Origin: an uncultured Acidimicrobiia bacterium
Lineage (GTDB): Bacteria > Actinomycetota > Acidimicrobiia > Acidimicrobiales > AC-14
Assembly (NCBI GenBank): GCA_963836205.1
Contig: CAWIIV010000017.1
Span: 1 to 64,000, forward strand
Direction of reading: 5' to 3'
DNA length: 64,000 nucleotides
Part shown: positions 59,601-64,000 of the stretch, piece by piece
Numbering within the stretch: position 1 is the first letter of the stretch
How the letters are laid out: the number at the start of each line of letters is the position of its first letter
Made by a program: the position numbers and the translations under genes
Notes under the pieces: generated by a model
The model's input: only the letters and a program-made list of their open reading frames with translations
The model's database searches: none
What the model was told of the DNA's origin: nothing

Positions 59601-60077
59601 CAGGTCGACGGGGTCGAGGCGGTCGCCGGGCTTGACGATGACGGGCTCGACGTCCTCCACGTGGGGGCCGAGGCGCTGGACGAGCGAGCGCACGGGGGCG
59701 ACGAGGACGCGGGGCATGCGGGAGCCAGGCTGGGTGCCCGAACGAATTGGCTGGCGGAGGCGCCACATGGCCCGCAGCCGGCGGCCCATGGTCTCGGTGC
59801 TGGGACTGACCCGCTCGAACGGGAGCGTCTCCCAGGCGGGGACCACGTCGACCTCGTCGGGGCCGAGGAAGGCCCGCAGGTCGTGGGCCAGGCGCTCGGC
59901 GTCGGGGCTGGTGGGTACGGCGACGACCAGCGGGTGGCGTCCGGTGAGCCCGGCCAGGCCGGCGATGGCGAAGGCCCGGGCCGGCTCGGCCACGGCCAGC
60001 ACTGCCGACGACACGCCCGCCAGCCCTGACAGCCCCGGATGGCGGCGCAGGAGAGGCGGAAGGTCGTGCAGGGTCAC
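56613..60077 (-). CDS. mfd: Transcription-repair coupling factor
   Basis: HGVGRY, ETPDQ, CGDVGFGKT, DEEQRFG, TATPIPRT, QLRGRVGR, RDLEIRGAG. Confidence 0.98.
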   Translation of the reverse strand: MTLHDLPPLLRRHPGLSGLAGVSSAVLAVAEPARAFAIAGLAGLTGRHPLVVAVPTSPDAERLAHDLRAFLGPDEVDVVPAWETLPFERVSPSTETMGRRLRAMWRLRQPIRSGTQPGSRMPRVLVAPVRSLVQRLGPHVEDVEPVIVKPGDRLDPVDLVERLVAVGYRREVQVEHRGQVARRGSIVDVFPSTDNSSGAHPVRIDLWGDEVDRLTRFSVTDQRSTGDVDCVELFPSRELLPTAEVRARAAELVGAEPWGREQWERLAEGAVFEGMESWLPWLTAGDHTLFDLLGPDALVLLVEPRRMRDRAADLLDEEASLAASLATTWGAAKDREWPRLHLPFDRLLAHTPAPAWTVTGAAEGPDVTTIESRGWDPVMGDADRLTRQVADLVGKGYQLVVAAEGKGSAARLAGMLREGGVALPVIDEGATAARPGSSRVQVQSLERGFVLPEVKLAVLVESDVTGRRRAHRAPRPRRTDAQGFFDDLNPGDYVVHHQHGVGRYAGMVKQAMGGAERDYLLLEFRGGDKLYVPSDQIDAVRHYTGGDTPTLNRLGGSEWGRTKAKVRVAVRDIAEELVALYRQRVTAPGHAFPPDTPWQRELEDAFPYQETPDQLKAIRDVKADMEDDSPMDRLVCGDVGFGKTEVAIRAAFKAVQDGMQAAVLVPTTLLAQQHFGTFSERFAGYPVRVEVLSRFLTPGQAKKVVDGLADGSVDVVIGTHRLLSHDITFKNLGLLVVDEEQRFGVTHKEAIKRFRADVDVLTLTATPIPRTLEMSLTGIRDLTILNTAPAERQPILTYVGPYDERAVGESIRRELLREGQVFFVHNRVQDIDRVAQRLRELVPEARVAVAHGQMDEGRLERIVLDFWEGQYDVLVCTTIIESGIDMPTVNTLVVDRADMMGLGQLHQLRGRVGRAGQRAYAYLFFPPERSLTETAYERLKTIGEHTELGSGFKIAMRDLEIRGAGNLLGANQSGHIAAVGYDLYVQMVSEAVADLKGEEVRQPAEIKIDIPVVAHLPPDYVTGGEQRLEAYRRLAAVTTQTEVDDIRAEWLDRYGPMPPAAEALLGVAGLRAECVRTGVREVTVARGTARISPLELRMSQQIRLQRKARDAVYKDDLQQLVAPLARGVDPVWAVVQLLRLLVPDEPAPVVSVAP

Positions 60078-60131
60078 CCGACGAGGGTACCGGCGGGTCC
60101 GCGCCTACTCCGGAGGTCGCGAGGGTCGCGA

Positions 60132-60596
60132 TCAGCGCAGCGGCCGCGGTGCGTCCACCAGGATCCCGCCCGGTCGGGTGAGGTCGTCCACCAGCCAGAG
60201 GCCGGCTGCGAACCACCACAGCGCGGCCAGGACCAGCACGACGACGGCTGCGACCACGAACCAGGCCGGGCCGCCGCGGGGATGGGGGACGAAGCGGGGA
60301 TCGGCCCGCCGGCCGAGGAGGGGGAGGGCGTAGAACCGCCCGAGGGGGCCGAAGACGATGCCCGCCCCGCTGGTGGCGGCGATGGCAAGCTGACCGGTCG
60401 CCCAGGCGACGCCCACCGCCAGCTGCCCCACCGAGACCAGGCCCAGGGCCAGCTGCCCGATCGCCAGCCCGCCCCGGGCCAGCTGGCCGACGGCGATCAC
60501 GCCGGTGGCCAGCTCCCCGATGGCGACGATGCCCGTGGCGTTGGCCCCGATGGCGATCACCCCGACCGGCTGCACCCCCACGGCAAGCACGCGCAC
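60132..60596 (-). CDS. Membrane protein with Gly-rich decapeptide repeats
   Basis: Repeated (A)IG-x-LAxG-xx units followed by a TM helix. Confidence 0.65.
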   Translation of the reverse strand: MRVLAVGVQPVGVIAIGANATGIVAIGELATGVIAVGQLARGGLAIGQLALGLVSVGQLAVGVAWATGQLAIAATSGAGIVFGPLGRFYALPLLGRRADPRFVPHPRGGPAWFVVAAVVVLVLAALWWFAAGLWLVDDLTRPGGILVDAPRPLR

Positions 60597-60641
60597 GGCG
60601 GGCAGCGTACGGCGTTCGACTGGGGCGAGTGACGGCTCGGC

Positions 60642-61766
60642 TCAGCCGGGAAGGGCCGGAGTGGCCGGCCGGGCCGTCTCCGCGAGCACCAGGTCGACCA
60701 CGTCGATGAGCCGTCGGCGACGCCCGAAGGCCCTCCGTTGGCGGACGGCGCCCGTGCCGCCGGTCACGACGCCCGCAACCAGCGCCCGAACGCGGTCCCA
60801 GTCCCCGAGGTCGATCAGCGCCGGTCGGACGACGTCGAGGAGGCGGCCGACCATCTCTCCCGCCGGGCGCGACCGGCAGCCGTCCAGGTCCACCAGCGGA
60901 CCGTCGAGCCCGAAGCGGGCCGCCTTCCACATCGCCGCCCGACGCAGCTCAGGCCGGGTATCGGCCCATGGCTGCCCGTCGAGCGCCTGACGGTGGCAGG
61001 TCACGACCAGGCCCCGGACCAGGCCCGCGGTCATGACCGCCTCGTCCACGGTGAGGTTGGCATCGGCGACCCGGAACTCGACAGTGTCGAACTTGGCCGA
61101 GGGCCGGACGTCCCAATAGATGCGGGCGGGATCGTCGATGGCGCCGGTCGCCAAGAGCGAGCGGACCAGATCCTCGTACTCGGAACGATCGGCGAAGGTG
61201 CCGGGCGTACCGGCCATCGGCCACCGCTGCCAGACCTCGGTGCGGAAGCTGGCGTAGCCGCTGTCGGCGCCCTGCCAGAACGGAGAGTTGCCGGTGAGGG
61301 CGAGCAGCGTCGGCAGCCACGACCGGGCCCGGTTCACGACCTGGATGGCCACCTCGGGGTCGGCGATGCCGACGTGGACGTGGCACCCACAGACCAGTTG
61401 CTCGTGCGTGACCAGCCGGTACTCGCGCTCCAGCCGCAGGTAGGCGGGCTTGGGGGTGACCCGGCTGGCCTCGTCGTCGAAGCCGAGGGGGTGGGTGCCG
61501 CTCGAGGCGATGGCGCAGCCCGTCGCCCGGGCCGCGTCCGCCACCGCCCGTCGCAGCCGCCCGGCCTCGTCCGCCACATCGTCGAGCGTGCGGCAGATGC
61601 CAGTGCCGGTCTCGACCTGGCACAGCTGCAGTTCAGGACCCACCTCCCCGTTGCCGGTCGGCACCGCTCCGGGGACCACGTCGCCCGCCGCCGGTCGCAG
61701 CCGGCGGGACTCGAGGTCGACGAGAAAGAACTCCTCCTCGACGCCGATGGTGAAGTCGTCGGGCAT
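60642..61766 (-). CDS. YbdK-family glutamate-cysteine/carboxylate-amine ligase
   Basis: TIGVEEEF, GCHVHVG, NSPFW, YWDVRPS, TVEFRVAD. Confidence 0.92.
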   Translation of the reverse strand: MPDDFTIGVEEEFFLVDLESRRLRPAAGDVVPGAVPTGNGEVGPELQLCQVETGTGICRTLDDVADEAGRLRRAVADAARATGCAIASSGTHPLGFDDEASRVTPKPAYLRLEREYRLVTHEQLVCGCHVHVGIADPEVAIQVVNRARSWLPTLLALTGNSPFWQGADSGYASFRTEVWQRWPMAGTPGTFADRSEYEDLVRSLLATGAIDDPARIYWDVRPSAKFDTVEFRVADANLTVDEAVMTAGLVRGLVVTCHRQALDGQPWADTRPELRRAAMWKAARFGLDGPLVDLDGCRSRPAGEMVGRLLDVVRPALIDLGDWDRVRALVAGVVTGGTGAVRQRRAFGRRRRLIDVVDLVLAETARPATPALPG

Positions 61767-61803
61767 CCCCGGCGATGTTCCCCGACACCGGCCGGGGGAA
61801 CCG

Positions 61804-62412
61804 TCAGGCGGGACGGGGCGAGTTGAACCGGAGCATGGCCGCAGCCGCGCCCTCGCGGAAGAGCAGGTCGACCGCGTCCGCCGCCTCCTCCACCGCCACG
61901 TCGATCTCCGTGCGTTGGGCCTTGCCCAGGCGGCGCAGGACGTAGTCGGCGCCGTCCTGGCGCCCCGGCGGCTTGCCGATCCCGATCCGGACCCGCACGA
62001 AGGCGCCCGAGTGCAGGTGATCGCGGATGGACTCGAGCCCGTTGTGGCCGGCCGTGCCCCCGCCCTCCTTCACCTTCACCCGTCCCGGGGGCAGGTCGAG
62101 CTCGTCGTGGACGACCACCAGCCGCCCGAGGTCACCGTCCACCCCGTAGCGCCGGACCAGGCGGTTGACCGACTCCCCCGACAGGTTGACGTAGGTCTGG
62201 GGAAAGGCCAGGGCCAGCAGCCGCCCGTCGACGCGGGCCTCGCCCACCAGCGCCCGCTCCTTGCTCTTGCGCAGGACGGTGCCGTGGCGGGACGCCAGCG
62301 CGGACACGACTTCCGCCCCCAGGTTGTGGCGGGTGCCGTCGTACTCGGGGCCGGGGTTGCCCAGGCCGACGACCAGGAGGTCGGCGGCCTCACCCGTCCG
62401 AGGGGGTGGCAG
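61804..62412 (-). CDS. pth: Peptidyl-tRNA hydrolase
   Basis: LVVGLGNPG...TRHNLG lies upstream of the track start; VHDELD, GHNG, RIGIG. Confidence 0.93.
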   Translation of the reverse strand: MPPPRTGEAADLLVVGLGNPGPEYDGTRHNLGAEVVSALASRHGTVLRKSKERALVGEARVDGRLLALAFPQTYVNLSGESVNRLVRRYGVDGDLGRLVVVHDELDLPPGRVKVKEGGGTAGHNGLESIRDHLHSGAFVRVRIGIGKPPGRQDGADYVLRRLGKAQRTEIDVAVEEAADAVDLLFREGAAAAMLRFNSPRPA

Positions 62413-62415
62413 GGC

Positions 62416-63048
62416 CTATCCCTCGGTGGTGCCACCGGCGGACGCGTCGTCGGCGTCGTCGGCGGCTTCCTCTGCCTCTTCCTCGACCGCCAACCTCGTC
62501 GACTGGCCCAGGACGACCGGCTCCTCGCCGTCGACGTCGGTGGTGACGCCCTCCGGCAGCTTGAGATCGCTGACCCGGATGGCGTCGCCGATCGTGAGGT
62601 CGGTGATGTCGACCTCGATCGAGGACGGGATGTCGGCCGGCTTGGCGTGGATGGTGAGCTCGAAGAGCTGCTGCTCGACCATGCCGTCGGCGTGCTCGAC
62701 CCCGAGGGCCTCGCCCACCAGGTGGACGGGCACTTCGACGCTCACGATCTCGTCGCGGCGGACGATCACGAAGTCGACATGGGACACCGACCGCTTGAGG
62801 GCGTCGCGCTGGAGCTGGCGGGCCATGGCCAGGTGCCGGGTGCCGTCGACCTCGAGGGCGAAGAGGGCGTTGAGGCCGGCCTCGTGGGCCAGGGCCGCCC
62901 GCAGGGCCTTGCGGTCGACGCTGATCGGTTGGGGGTCGATGCCGTGCCCGTAGAGGACGGCCGGGATCTTCCCTTCCGTCCGCAGGCGCCGCGCCGCCGC
63001 GCTTCCAGTGGTACGACCAACTTCGGCAACCAGCGAGACCTCAGCCAT
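62416..63048 (-). CDS. rplY: 50S ribosomal protein L25/Ctc
   Basis: RRLRTEGKIPAVLYG, HVDF, IEVDITDL. Confidence 0.95.
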   Translation of the reverse strand: MAEVSLVAEVGRTTGSAAARRLRTEGKIPAVLYGHGIDPQPISVDRKALRAALAHEAGLNALFALEVDGTRHLAMARQLQRDALKRSVSHVDFVIVRRDEIVSVEVPVHLVGEALGVEHADGMVEQQLFELTIHAKPADIPSSIEVDITDLTIGDAIRVSDLKLPEGVTTDVDGEEPVVLGQSTRLAVEEEAEEAADDADDASAGGTTEG

Positions 63049-63098
63049 AGACCGTCGAGTCTACGTGGTCGGGGCGGGACCCCCGGCCGGGCGATCGC

Positions 63099-64000
63099 TC
63101 AGCTCTGGTTGTCGCCGCCGAAGATCTCGGACACCGACGTGTCCTCGAAGACGGCGTCGAGGGCGTCGGCGATGATGCCCGCGACCGACAGGACCTCGAT
63201 CTTGTCGATGCGGCGGTCGTCGTCGAGGGGGAGGGTGTCGGTGATGACCACCTTGGTGAGCTGCGAGTTCTTCAGCCGGTCGAGGGCGGGGTCGGAGAGC
63301 ACGCCGTGGGTGGCGATGGCGTGGACCTCGGCCGCCCCGTGGTCGATGAGCAGGTCGGCGGCGGCGCAGATGGTGCCGGCGGTGTCGATCATGTCGTCGA
63401 CCAGCACGCACACCCGTCCGCTCACGTCGCCCACCACCTGCAGGGCCTGGACCTGGCCGGTCGCGCCCCGGACCCGGCGCTTGTGGACCATGGCCAGGTC
63501 CTCGGTGTGGACGTTCTGGGCGAAACGCTCGGCCGTCTTCACCCGGCCCGCGTCGGGGGACACGATCACCACGTCGTCGCCCAGGTTGCGGATGACGTAG
63601 TCGGCCAGGACGGGCATCGCTGTGAGGTGGTCGACGGGGACGTCGAAGAAGCCCTGGATCTGGCCCGAGTGCAGGTCGACGCTCACCACCCGGTCGACGC
63701 CCGCGGTCATGAGCATGTTGGCCAGCAACTTTGCGGTAATCGGCTCCCGGCCGGCGGCCTTGCGGTCCTGGCGGGAGTACCCGTAGAAGGGGCACACGGC
63801 GGTGATGCGCTTGGCCGAGGCCCGCTTGGCGGCGTCGATCATGATCAGCTGCTCCATGATCGAGTCGTTCACCGGGCCGCAGTGGGTCTGGATGATGAAG
63901 GCGTCGGAGCCGCGGATCGACTCGTCGAACCGGCAGTAGATCTCGCCGCTCGGGAACTGGGAGAGGTTGGCTTCCCCCAGGTCGACGCCGAGGTGAGCAG
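63099..64000 (-). CDS. prs: Ribose-phosphate pyrophosphokinase (5' end outside window)
   Basis: YGYSRQD, DLHSGQIQGFF, SPDAG, DDMIDTAGT. Confidence 0.97.
   Translation of the reverse strand, partial: AHLGVDLGEANLSQFPSGEIYCRFDESIRGSDAFIIQTHCGPVNDSIMEQLIMIDAAKRASAKRITAVCPFYGYSRQDRKAAGREPITAKLLANMLMTAGVDRVVSVDLHSGQIQGFFDVPVDHLTAMPVLADYVIRNLGDDVVIVSPDAGRVKTAERFAQNVHTEDLAMVHKRRVRGATGQVQALQVVGDVSGRVCVLVDDMIDTAGTICAAADLLIDHGAAEVHAIATHGVLSDPALDRLKNSQLTKVVITDTLPLDDDRRIDKIEVLSVAGIIADALDAVFEDTSVSEIFGGDNQS

Overview
High-GC actinobacterial chromosomal window (Acidimicrobiia-like by gene content; this is inference). The core genes are sufB, rfbC, mutY, fumC, glgX, mazG, mfd, pth, rplY, prs and a tRNA-Leu(TAA). 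Three accessory zones stand out. (1) 1-6.4 kb: glycosyltransferase, radical SAM and methyltransferase genes. (2) 18.7-22.2 kb: a DUF4062-STAND NTPase-TPR gene inserted between two different copies of the mutY 3' end. (3) About 37.5-50.7 kb, downstream of tRNA-Leu(TAA): secreted proteins, an HTH/PIN toxin-antitoxin pair bracketed by a tRNA 3'-end repeat, and the main highlight, a minus-strand lasso peptide operon (41676-48676). The operon has a 59-aa precursor missed by the ORF track (44949-45128, predicted core TNAAGPNFDGGGGADIYAS), a cyclase, an RRE, a nucleotidyltransferase fused to the B2 peptidase, an HPr-type kinase, a prenyltransferase-like/class II terpene cyclase fusion and a Nif11-like peptide. 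It predicts a phosphorylated, possibly glycosylated and terpene-modified lasso peptide. Several genes, including housekeeping fumC, carry short indels, so frameshifts may be assembly errors. All family calls come from motif recognition by eye; no database search was run.
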